Shown: positions 1 through 12,770 of the stretch, piece after piece
Numbering within the stretch: position 1 is the stretch's first letter
How the letters are laid out: every line of letters starts with the position of its first letter
From: Catajapyx aquilonaris
Lineage: Eukaryota
Direction of reading: 5' to 3'
Assembly (NCBI GenBank): GCA_000934665.2
Contig: KZ537975.1
Span: 1-64,000 of the forward strand
Length of the DNA: 64,000 nucleotides
Translations under genes and position numbers: made by a program
The notes under the pieces: model-generated
Databases searched by the model: none
What the model was told of the DNA's origin: nothing
What the model saw: the letters and a program-made list of their open reading frames with translations, nothing else

Positions 1-59
1 ACCGCCGAAGAACCACACACACCACCCCCTCCCTCCCCAACCCCTCAATTACTCCTAGT

Positions 60-130
60 ATTTCTTGCCTCCCGCCCACTTCTCCAGACTCTGCCTATAA
101 GACCAGGTGAGGACGGAAATGCCCATTCTA
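60..130 (+). promoter_or_regulatory. Candidate core promoter (GC box, TATA-like box, Inr-like element) upstream of the KLF gene
   Basis: CCGCCC at 72-77, TATAAGA at 96-102 and CCATTCT (YYANWYY) at 123-129, with the Inr A 29 nt after the first T of the TATA. CACCC/C-rich tracts lie upstream. Alternative reading: a 19-nt internal exon 88-106 (ttctccag|...cag|gtgagg). Confidence 0.3.
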
Positions 131-189
131 TACACTTTCTTGGCATTTCCCAGTAGTGGACATCCTGAAGAAATTGTAGCCTACGATTT

Positions 190-308
190 TGAAAATCTAT
201 GGGTCGAATTTTTGTCCCACTGCTGATTACTGCTAACTTAGCAATGCCAACCCTGGTAAGTTAGCAGTGACTAGCAGTGGAACGAAAATTCCGCCGTATG
301 TAATTTCA
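190..308. repeat. Imperfect palindrome / MITE-like fold-back element
   Basis: Left arm gaatttttgtcccactgctgattactgctaacttagca (206-243) matches the reverse complement of the right arm 254-291 (gaattttcgttccactgctagtcactgctaacttacca). Spacer is 10 nt. Weaker pairing extends to about 190/308. Confidence 0.85.
244..255 (+). CDS. Possible first coding segment of the KLF gene (MPTL, or MGRIFVPLLITANLAMPTL from ATG 199)
   Basis: gcaATGCCAACCCTG|GTAAGT is a consensus donor at 256-261 in phase 0, matching the phase-0 acceptor at 2149/2150 (gives [12 protein letters not shown]). It lies inside the palindrome, so it may be coincidental. Confidence 0.25.
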
Positions 309-1066
309 CACTATTTTATTTCTTGTAAGAAGGCCTATTCGCCTATTGAAGTCTCACAGAAAAAACCATGGCCCGAGGGGATTTCGTAACCGAAAGTCCG
401 CCGCCATGTTTAGTCCCCCTTCACATAAACGCCTGGCAACAGAAACATGGCCGAAATAAAATGTAGCTGTACTTTTCCAAGGATTGCAATTCATCTGGAA
501 GTAAATGTCTCCAATTAGCCAGTCCTCTGACAAGCAATACCGTGAGCACCGCACATGTCAACGGGTTACCTCGATTACCGCTTTGTCCGCCATAAATAAC
601 CCAGATTGGCAGACAACAGACTGTGGATGCGTAACAGGACAGGAAGGTCTGCAGGAAATGTTCGACAGGCATGTTGCCTATTGGGGTACTATACCTTGTG
701 CTTCTGGTATGAGAAGGTTATTCCACGCTCTCTTTGTGGATAAGTATGGAAGCCGGCTTTTGTTGTCGGTCGGGTTTACGGCTGGACGACTGGCTTGATT
801 TGCTGCTGGTGCTCGTCCCATTATTTTTCCAGGTCGACGGCAGACTTGCAACACTCCAGTGAATGATCGTGTCGGATCAAGGCTGCGGAAAAGGAACTCT
901 ATTTTGTCCTCTCCGTAATAGTTACACAAACATTTAAAAAAACACAGGTTAAATAGAGCTGGGATGATTGGATCACCCAATTGCTGTTGTTGCTCCGGTT
1001 CGCTTCTTTTCTAAGCATGTGATTCAGGTTGTGTCAATGCGAATTAAAGAAAAACGAGCCAATGAA

Positions 1067-1178
1067 TAGTTCCTCCTGACACCCACCAGAGGCGCTGACC
1101 TCTGCCATTGCGCAGGCACAGAGCGGGGCCAATCAGAAGCCTTATGCAAACAATGAAGGATTTTAATGTTATATAGAT
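1067..1178 (-). mobile_element. Dispersed repeat family A, copy 1 (possible Helitron-type 5' terminus)
   Basis: tagttcctcct..acccaccagaggcgctg..ccattgcgcaggc..ggggccaatcagaagc..aaggattttaatgttatatagat aligns with 40217-40361 and 49209-49346. The minus strand begins A|TCTATATAACATTAAAATCC. Confidence 0.7.
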
Positions 1179-1882
1179 GTCTGGTTTTCGCGCATAATTT
1201 TCTTTTAATTCGAATTGATACAATAGAAATATGTTGAAGCAAAATGTTAGCAATTTTTGGAGAAAAATAAGGTCCAGCACGAAGTGTTTACAACTTGAGT
1301 TAATGTTTCTAATGAATGAAATATCACTCAAGAATGAATTACCGGTACTAAAATTGAACAAAAAACTACTCAAAACATGTATTTTTCACCTGATGTAGTC
1401 TATTATTTCGGCACAAAATATATTCGTTACACGCATTTATTGCGGATGACACAGTGTTTTTTGTTGCACGCTTCAAATAGCATCCATTTCATTGACTTAT
1501 CATTTTGACACGGGCATTAAGTACGTGTAAAAAAATATGCATTGTGGAGTGGAGTACCTGGAGTTACATGCATGTGCCAAAAGTTGTTTAAAAAGCATCC
1601 TTTTTACTTTTGGGCAACCAAGTGTGGCCAACTGGGACGGCATGAATAGCATATACGAATACCTAGATATAAATGATTGTTCAAAAACCGATGCTATCTC
1701 TGTTCCTGGAAAAACACCACACAGCTTCTTTTATTCTCTGGCCAGCTGCAATCCTTTATGCTCGTATGCTTGCTTGCTTGCACATAAAATAAAGCAAGAG
1801 TCGAGCACGCGCAAAAAAAAAAGCTGATAGTATTTTTATGCATACAGTGTCATGGCCTCGGAACTGGTTCACAGGAGAATAA

Positions 1883-3226
<1,344 letters not shown>

Positions 3227-4240
3227 GTGGCGATTTAGGGCTTGTTTTTTCTGTATACGCTGTGTTTACTGGGCAACTTGATAAGGTAGAGCACGTGCGT
3301 GCATCGGTTTTGGCTGTTTACAATTTGTGGCAGGTTCCCCACCTCTTGCTAACTTGCCGCCTCAAAAATAAAATTTCGGCAAATTTCAATAGCTGCTCTT
3401 GCATAGAAAGTCACACAATTTCAGCCACTCTTCCTAAACACAGTGCGATTTAAATTTCTAATAATGTCACCATTGTTAGTACGAGGTCATTTTCCGGCAA
3501 CAATTGTTTTCTTCCTGAAGGCGGTGCAACCTGACCTCGTACTAACAATGGTGGCAATTTCGAAAATTTAAAAAAGCACTGTTCTGCAAAAAGACATGCC
3601 TACCTTCTAGTCAAGTTCTGAACAATTTTTGTCACAAATTGCCATCGCTACAGACCAAACCCCAAAAAAGCTTGATCCTGCGCACTGTTAGCTTTAAAAA
3701 AAAAGTTGAACCCATCCCTCTCAAGTTGTTGTGTACTGATGCTGTACAGATAATCTTATTTGACACCGTTGCCGCAGTTGTTGCGATACAAATACTCATT
3801 CAGTGTGTGTGACGTCACAGTGATGAAGGGCATTATGCGTGCAACTGGCCACAAACTATGTGTACAAACTCATAAAAAAGTGCCAGTTTGTGAAGGGTAG
3901 TCTCATAGTAAAAAGTGCCATAAGTGTTTTTAGCTACACTCGAGCCACTGCCACTATTTTCTCTCACACTATTGTGGCGACCATAGTTTAGTATAATGGC
4001 AAACAATGTAGACTGCTGTGATCCTAAGTCGTTCACCACCTGAGGATTTTTTTGGGTACCACTGTACATATGAATGTGTGTATGTTAGTGTCTGTCAGTG
4101 CCTATTTTTTTGTACATGGCAGCTGTTAATGCGCTTTTTGTATTTTTTAGCATATTTGTAGTAAAAATAAATTTTGTGTTCTTTCACGTCCGATTTTTTT
4201 TTGATAGTAGGCTACCATATTTGTTTTCGAAATAAACAAT
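3227..4240 (+). other. KLF 3' UTR with polyadenylation signals
   Basis: U-rich, TGTA-rich sequence after the stop codon. AATAAA at 4166-4171 (followed by ttttgtgttcttt) and at 4231-4236. Confidence 0.6.
3440..3582. repeat. Inverted repeat inside the KLF 3' UTR
   Basis: Perfect 22-bp arms caccattgttagtacgaggtca (3468-3489) and tgacctcgtactaacaatggtg (3532-3553), extending imperfectly to about 50 bp (acagtgc...gcactgt). Confidence 0.9.
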
Positions 4241-4298
4241 GTTGCTTTATGGGTTAGGAGTCTCTCATCTGAATTTTCATAAAAAGTGAAACTAGTTC

Positions 4299-4326
4299 GA
4301 CCACGCCCTGCACCTTGACCACGCCC
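4299..4326. promoter_or_regulatory. Tandem KLF/Sp-type sites
   Basis: GACCACGCCC at 4299-4308 and again at 4317-4326. CCACGCCC is a KLF/Sp consensus. Confidence 0.4.
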
Positions 4327-5898
4327 ACACCACAAGAAGGACTGCCTAACAGGACCTGACGTCTTGCAACGGTACAAACTGGAGGGATTAAAACCAAACG
4401 CAACAAAAAGCGTGCGCACCAGTTTTGGAATATGCCTTCTTATAGCCCATAAATTTTTTGTTTGTTGTTTTCCAGCCGCCTCTTGTGTCCAAGCAGTTGG
4501 ACAGGATTTGCTCATTGCACATGTGTGGGAAGGGGTCGGAAGTCATGCACGGTTGGCCCCCCTGATCATAGACCAACAGGGTTGAACAACCTGGATTTTT
4601 ATAGTACCACCTGTTGTATTGTAAAACTCACTATGTCATGAACTGACCTCAGCTTCTTTTCGTGGATAATGGCTCCGAAAGTACGTGAGGTTTGCCAGCC
4701 CTTCACGGTGTTTAGGATCCGCTTTTTTTTGTGTCTGACTTCTCGTTTTCACACCTCCCACTTAGCGTTAGCTACTTCAATTACGGACCGTGAGAGCATC
4801 CCCCCTACTACTTTTCAAAAGAAAAAAAAAAATTCAATAAGCTGGTGCTTCTGGTCATAAACCGAGCGTAAATCGCGACTAGTTCCAAGTTGTTAAGAGG
4901 GACGATTGCTCGTCAATTCCGGTAGTAAACAGGTGCGCAATAGTCAAATACCTGCAGTATTTTTTTTTACTAAAGGTGAGAGCAGGTGGCGAAGGTACTG
5001 ATAACGTTTGAGAAACGTTTCATGCTGGAGTGAACCAGCGACGTTTATGGAGAATAAGCTGCAAAGATCCGGTGATAAAATATCCACCAACAATGGTTCC
5101 GCTTTAATACGGCCTCATTTCCAACTGTTCCCACCCTTCATTTACGCTTAATTTTTACGAAATTAATTTACGCCGTTTAATTAATGGGCCCTGCAATTCA
5201 CCCGCGGTGTATGATTAAACACGAGGAACATTACCATAATTGCACCGGCATTGGAAAATATTGAGTACGAACTGGTCTGAACAACAGCTTTCCAATTCAA
5301 CGACTGTTTATTTCTATCACTGCAACAGCAAGGACGACCGTAATTATCCGGCCTTAGCCAAAGTGGGCGGGAATCGTAATTAAGCATGACTCTTTCGGCC
5401 AGGTATCCTCGGTGGTCTGTCTTCACGGAGTCCTGGGTATTTCGCACCACGTGGGTGGAGCTGGAGTGTGGCTTTTGGCTCCGGCCGAATACATCGCTGC
5501 ACGAATAAAAGGGCGCAATAAAAGTGTCCTATTCGACTGAGCTATGGGGCTGGACTTCCTTCCTACACCTATTTTTTGTACTTAGCTCCAAATTGATGGT
5601 ACCACAGGGTGTTGAAAACCGAATCCGATCATCCATAGGGGCATGACTTCCGTGCAGTCTGCGGTTATCATCCATAACTTGGTTAGGCTGGAACAATGAA
5701 TTTTACTCGCCGCTGCCATTTTTTACGGTCGCGATTCAATAGTATGGGAGCATCGTCACTGAAGCGGGGTGTAGTGGATTTAGGACGGTTTGACATTTCC
5801 GGAGCTGAAGCTCAAGGCCTGGCTAACTCTACAAAAAAATATATAGGATCCCTCAAGTTCATTACGCAAATCGGCAGACATCCTCTGGAATGTCAGTA

Positions 5899-5976
5899 GG
5901 ATGCGAAATGACCGCCTACATATTGGATGCGACATGGCCGCCTACATCTATTGGATGCGAAATGGCCGCCTACATA
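5899..5976. repeat. Minisatellite, 3 units of 26-28 bp
   Basis: ggatgcgaaatg(a/g)ccgcctacat(ct)att occurs three times with few substitutions (last unit truncated). Confidence 0.9.
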
Positions 5977-8900
5977 AGCTATTTGTGTTATTGAGCCATT
6001 GGGTGCGCCGTATACCAAGGTAACAGTAGCACTTTTATCTAGGTGCCAACAGTGTTCCAGTTTGCCGATCTCTGGTAGTGCAAGACATGTCGGCTCCCTG
6101 AAAAACTCGAGGGTCGAGGGCGATAGGGCGACCATGAATTATTTTCATCACTTCCAGATCTGTTGATTTACTGCGCCTTTGGTATCGGAGGCTATCAATC
6201 GCTGCAAGGCCAGTAGGACCTTGGCGATTTGGACCACTGCATGGATAAGCAGCGTTTACACCACCCTGTAGCCAAGATATGGATCTGGAGTCGAAGGATT
6301 GTTGCGACCATTGTTCCGGAGAAGCAGGTGCGGGAGGAATGTTTATTCGTCCATTTTTGTGGCAGGAGCCTGGGTTGTAATGGAAAGTCGCAGTGTGAAC
6401 ACCAGTGTCCTGCAGTGAGAACAAGGCTCTAGTGGCTTCTGGAACTACGTGCTCTATTGCCTGACCACGCAGGGGTCAGGCCTAGTTGTCCCAGTCGTTG
6501 CGTCATTTCTCACGCGTCCTGTCCCGTAAAATAAGTGGATGAATCGGACGGAAACAAAACCAAGTGGGACACGACTCGAATGCTTAATGTTGTTGACGCG
6601 ATCACAAACCATCGGTACAGTCTCACCAGGGTCAGGAGTCCTCCATATTTTCGCTGGAGAGTGTACCTCCCAACAATGAACCGAGGTCACAACTCTAGAC
6701 CTCGCGCAAAAAAAATCAATTTGTAGGCGATCTCCGTTACTCAGAATCCATTTCAATACATCATCACAAAAGCGAGAGGCTTATTCAGAGTTGACAATAC
6801 GTGTAGGCCTCCAGAAGTGAAATGCAAATGAAGAATTCCCCCTCAGATGATTTACCGAGGACTGGGCCTGCAGTATATAAAACTTCGAGAGAGAACCGTA
6901 GGAAGAGAGAGGGTAATGGAACATTACTTGTCGATTAGCCTACATGCTTCTTTTAGCCTGCCTTGTAAATCTTATTCGCCTGGGAGGACAGCAGTGGGAG
7001 GGCATAAGGTCGTGATCTGTATCTCATCTGGCCATAATTGTGCGCCAAGAAGGGTGGGTTCATATGGATGCGATTGACAGCCCAGTTTGTTGTCATCTTC
7101 TGCCACGCTCCTTTCCCAGACGGTAATTGAAGTCTCTAGGAAAATCAACCCATCGTGCAACAATGCAGATTGCAATAAAAAGGGGAATAAATCAGTCGGA
7201 TGCTGTTGCAAAGGGAAGATAAAATTCTTCCTACAACTGCTACAAGTGAATAGAAAAAAAAGAGAAAATGGGGAAAAAATACAACATGTTGGTCACCTGG
7301 TTAGAGAGCCCTTTTTTGGACAAACCCATTTATCAGGCGATCGCCCACGTGGGCATGCACCACGGATGATTGTAGTAGCCTACATTCGAGGTGTCCACCT
7401 GAGAATCACGACTGCGTGGCCGCTGGAGTTGGCTCACCTTGTTCCTCAGCCTTGGCCCCCGTGGAACCAAACCGTAGGAAGAATAATGAATTTGCCATGG
7501 GAAACATCCGGATCGAACGTGTGCTGATGATAGAATCAGTAGTGTTCTGATTGACAACTGTCCACTATTTATGAAGGCATAAGTTGGACGCAGGTTCACG
7601 GGTCGTGACGGGCGGAGTCACGCCGTAAAAATGGGGCCCGAAAATGTCATTCCACCAGCAAGGTTGCCCGGAGGAGTAGGATGTGTTCGTGACCTGTGAC
7701 CCCTCCGGTGCCCTCCTCCCATCGACGCCTCCGGTCCGTGCCATCACCGGACAATGCATTTTTGGGTGTTTCGAACCCCGCTGGGATGGGCCTCTTAATG
7801 TCCCACAAAATCTGTCATCAAGGACCGCAAAGTAAGTGTCCTCCGTCACCTTCCGAGGCGACCATATCGCCCAACAAGGAGCTTACTTGAATGTTAATCG
7901 ACCATTGGAAGCACCTGCAGCATCCTCTTTGTTCCTCCGAAAATCTGGGCTTCCAAGCACGGTCCACCCCATTAGTCGCGGTCCACTTGTCCTCCTGGGA
8001 TATGCCGGAAGCACTGCATCCGCCATGTCGGTCCAACGCTTTAACAAATTGGCCCTCCGAGATGGACCCTAACCACTGATCCAATTATTTATGTTTCACC
8101 GGACAAAACTTGCGGTTCGACTCATTATGCATGGGGGCAAAGGGAAAGGCGAGCAAACTCTCGCTTAACCCATTACAGCAATTTTGCTCCATGTTGCCAA
8201 CTCCAAATTGGCCAATTAAGGCGAGGGGCTTTATAACGTCACGTATCAGATTGATTAAGCCTATTAGGTGCTCTCGACCGGAGGCCACTTGATCCGGATT
8301 ATGTAAGATGGCGGCATGTTTCATTACCATGATTTACGCAGCCGAATTTGTGTGCGAGATGTGTGCAACTTTTGATGGTAAAAATACTGGGCTTACAGCC
8401 CTATTGAAGGCACGTGTGAGGCTAGAGGTGTGCTGTGAAATGTACCACCTTAGTGAGGTACAGGTGGTGTAGCTTGAACGTTGAACCTGCTGTACAATAT
8501 TCCAGTATAAATACAACCCACGTGCCAGAAAACGACAGTCATATATTTTAATTGTTCAATAAATAAACCGCTGTGTGCTTCAACTGCACAAAAGTGCATG
8601 GCCGGTACAGTGCAGGAAGTACTTTCTTGTGACATTTTGAATGCTCACCTTCAAAGGACGTAAATCCCATAACGCATTCCTGCACAGGGAGGGTTTTGCA
8701 AGCGAATTAAAAGTGCGTGGGATCTTATTATGTTAGTCTCCTTGACACTTGAGGATCTCGCCTTGAATGACAATGTCTCGATTTCGACCTAGAAGCGTTG
8801 GTTCTTCCCACATTAAAACTACCTGCGCACATGAATTCCAACCGCTGCACACACACACACACTTGAGACACTTCCTGCATGTGGGCAGCAAAACAGGTAC

Positions 8901-11900
8901 GCAATTTTTTTTATTTATTTTGGTTTACTATACTTGCGCACTTAATAGCCCTTAGAAGCAGACACGCAGACGGTTCTAAAATTGGACCTTGTTTTTGCTC
9001 TTTTATTATAATTATTTTCTTCAAGCATGAGCTGCGTTGTTACGCAGGTATGGATGCGTATTTTAGAGAGTGCATTTCCTTGGAGGGGAAACATACACGC
9101 TCCTGGCCCATACATAAAGCCAGAGAGACAGTTATGATCAAACTACCGCAGCTTTTATTTCACTCATAAGTTCATATTCTCAAGCCAGGAAGCTCTGGAG
9201 CATAAATGTGTGGTTCATAAACCACTAATTACAAAGAGCAGCACAAGATGTAAAAGATTCGCGGTTATTCGAAAGTCTCTGCTTTTTTATGCTTATTGTA
9301 TGAGCCCGCTGCACGTAATTAAAGCGTATAAATTGCACCTATTTTTTCAGATTTACAGGGCTGTATCTCAACAATGCGCGCTACCTGTCCAGATAAAAAT
9401 GGTTTTAAAACTGAAGGTCATCCAACGTCTGATTTATCGCGTAAATTCCTTGGCACCTGCCGCACATTAGTCTCAGTCGCCGCAATTTAGTCAATTTCAT
9501 TCGGTCCAGTTGCCAATCTAGCCAATTCAACTCCCGAAAACACCCAAGAGGAACAGTCTTTCACGATTACGACGCCTTTCAAGTCCAACTCCGCAATTAT
9601 GTCCATCACTCGAAAAATTTAAACAACAAAAATTGTGGACCAGTAAGCTAGTAAGACCACACATTGCCATTCCTCATAGGGGTTCAAAAAATCGGCGTGG
9701 GTTTTTAATAACGCAGATACCAAACCAGTTTCAGTGCGAGTCCACTTTAACAATAGGGCTCTCCTTATAGATTATCTCTTTGAAATACTACCTGGCACCA
9801 AAGAAGGCTTTTCTCCACGAGAGGTGGGCCATATTTTATTCTCCCAAGACCTCTCTTGGATAAGGGTGTGCGGAAGGAAATCCAACCTTTTTGCTCGAGA
9901 TTTTAGCGATAAATGACTTTCGCTCGGTTTTATAGCTCGAGACTTAGCGCACTATTTTTTTGTTCCAACACCTTGTATCGAAATAATTGTCTGGCAGAAA
10001 TGTCGCTGAACCACGTAATGAAATTGGCCCACGTATTTATCGGCGAAACTAACCAGCGTGGACATTGTTTAGTCACGTATCGACTTCCAGCACATTTACG
10101 GCGCCATCTGGGCCAGGTACTGCCGCACTAAAACGTCACGACATCCCATCTCGAGATCCAATTATTGAGAAAACAAGGCGAATAGTTTTTTGTGGCGGAC
10201 TACAACAGGTGTGTGTACCCGCGCACTAAAAGTCCCTGGGACAAATAGTTACAGCTGTAATCAAAATGGCGCACTGCGTAGGACCTGCCATCTGCCCACT
10301 TACTAAACTGTCCTTGATGGCCAGACCTTGCACACAGGAAGATGTCACTGGAACACCAGAAAGTAACAGGCGACTTCGATGGTGCCGACACCACAACTAC
10401 CAAGTCGATGAACTGGGGCTGTCCACCCAACTACTGTATGCTGCCCACTATCTTTTTTTTGCCAAGAGTGTATGCCAGCTTGGTAATCTCCACCCCTTTG
10501 CATATATACACACACACACGTCGTGCGGACACAGACCCCGATGGGCGGACCTGTTCAAATAACCAGGGCAGATCTACGGGGTGCCCAAATTAGCGATGAA
10601 CTTGAGACATACTGTACAATATGTCATAACCTACAAAACCCGCAATAACTAGACTCCTAAAAGGAAATGAAGAGCCCACTCCGATTGCTCTAATCTGCCG
10701 CCCACTTTTCCAGGTGACAACCTGTCCTTCAAACTCCATTAAACTAATAGACGTGTATGAGATAGTAAATAATTTGGACAAAGTCGCCTGACCGGAAACT
10801 GTCCCCTCGCTTTCAATTCCTGCACGTCTTGGTGAGGACACGAATTTCCAATAAAAGTAACGCCTGGAAAGAAGCCTCCAAATTACCACCAACAGGCACT
10901 TCATCGGGTTCGAAGGCGCGAAGCTGCTATCAACAAGCAGATGTGGAAGAATCTGAAACTAGTACCTCAAATAGACGGGGGTAATACCGACTGTCAATGA
11001 GGAGTGCTGTAAACACAGACGGGCCCGCCATTAAAAGTGACAAGAAATTGGAGACAACTTGCGAAGCTTCACTTTTATCACTTTACTATCGCGCAGTCAA
11101 CTGCTTTATGGGGGTGCTTGGTGAGCCAGTTCAGAGTGCTGGCTCAAATTTTCTAAGCTATTATAGTGATAAGGTTTGGAAATAAGAATTGTTTCGGAGA
11201 GAGAGGACCCCCTCTAGCCGGGCTGTTACATAATTATTCAGGTACAACTTTACGACTTTGTCACTCCAGCAATTGCGATGGTAGAAACAACTTTAGTGGG
11301 GCGCTAATTAGAGTAGTTATATAGGTAAAAAATAGCGGTTATTTCCAGACGTGTTTGGCTCCAGGCTGCGTTTCTCAGGTGTGACTTATCAAAATTCTTC
11401 CGAGGTGTTTAATGGGAAACTCCTTATGCAACCTGGAATCACGACAACCCATCTGGGCCAGATAAGGACCAGCTACAGGAATTCACCATTACCCCGGAGG
11501 AACCGTCGAAACTCAAAAATCACCGCCCCCCTCTGAGCTCGGACCCAATTTAAGAGCGCCTTGTAAACGCGTCACGTCTTCGGAGGAACCCACAGGAAGT
11601 GGTCAAACTCTCTCAATTTGTGAGGGCAACTTGCATGAGAGACGTATGAGGCTAGAGCAACATTCGCAACAGCTATTCATCTTGGGGTCGAGCCACCCAA
11701 AAAGGCCAGTAATGAAGACAGTGTATGCCGAGACGGACCCGTGTTCAACATGACGGTTGGCCAACCCGCCACCTCGCCAGTCACACCATGTCCCCTTTTA
11801 CTGTGGCCATTCGTCAAGTTACCTCCGAGACACCTAGTCCTGTCTTCGCGGGTGAAACAAAGGCCACGATGTTTTTTTCTCAGGAAAAACCGAACAAAAC

Positions 11901-12581
11901 ACGGTAATGTCTCTCTCAGCTTTGGAATTTACAGAGGTAAGGAAAAAGGGCACAAATGTCCCAAACAATTTTAACGTAGGCCTACACACACGCAGTTTCC
12001 TTCCTATAGTGCTGAAACAATCAACAATTAATAACGGCGGTGTTCGTATAACGATATTTGGCCACACCCTGACGTTTCCAATACTGTCATAAACCAGTAT
12101 CCACAGCGACTGTATACATACGAAACTGCTCATTCCATAAGTCCCCGGAAGGTAAGAAGTGCACTTGTAAGTCACGGAATGAACCTCGCGACATCTGGTC
12201 GCATAAATAAGGTCCCGGGACAAGCACAACAAGTAAACATTAATCCTGTGCGGCCATCAGATCGAATCTTCATTCACACAGAGCCGGTATCGTGCGCGGT
12301 TCATGACGGAAGCAGAGGTTGGAAAATTTGTTTACTCAGGGCGACGCTACATGGTGCGCAGGATCCGACCCAAATGGAAGTCACCAAATGGGGTACACGA
12401 CCGTGGACATTGAAGGATACCAGGTGACGCATCACGACCAGGTCTCTCAGCAGGGGTGCTACAGCACCCGACGCAAAGGGACAATGCCTAACAGACAATG
12501 GTTTCAACTAAGCAAATTCAATTCCAAACTTTTCGTATCAAAAATTGATCGCCATCATCCAAAATGAGCGAAATTATTGAA

Positions 12582-12770
12582 ATCGGTCAGAAATTTTTAA
12601 ATAATCGAAAAGTCGATATATCGGATTTACCGTTTTGCATAAAAGTGAACAAAATAAATCAAACATCGGTCTGATATTTCAAAAAAATAATCGATGTCGA
12701 CATATCGATTTTAACGATATTGATCGGATAGTGATATATCGCATCGACCTCGATGCATATCGATAACAAG
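12582..12770. repeat. ATCGAT/GATATC-rich degenerate repeat (family C, copy 1)
   Basis: Internal direct repeat (12582-12624 vs 12665-12708), many ATCG/CGAT words, TATCGATA at 12758-12765. An exact 14-bp inverted match exists at 46403-46416. Confidence 0.65.

Noticed and set aside
3808..3819. TGTGACGTCACA palindrome (CRE-like)
   Set aside because: A single short motif inside the 3' UTR with no supporting context.
5899..5976. CRISPR-like interpretation of the short repeats
   Set aside because: The units are contiguous with no unique spacers, there are no cas genes, and the context is eukaryotic.
10590..10904. ORF fragment LSKLFTISY...WKSG faintly resembling LINE reverse transcriptase
   Set aside because: The spacing is wrong and there are no other reverse transcriptase motifs nearby.
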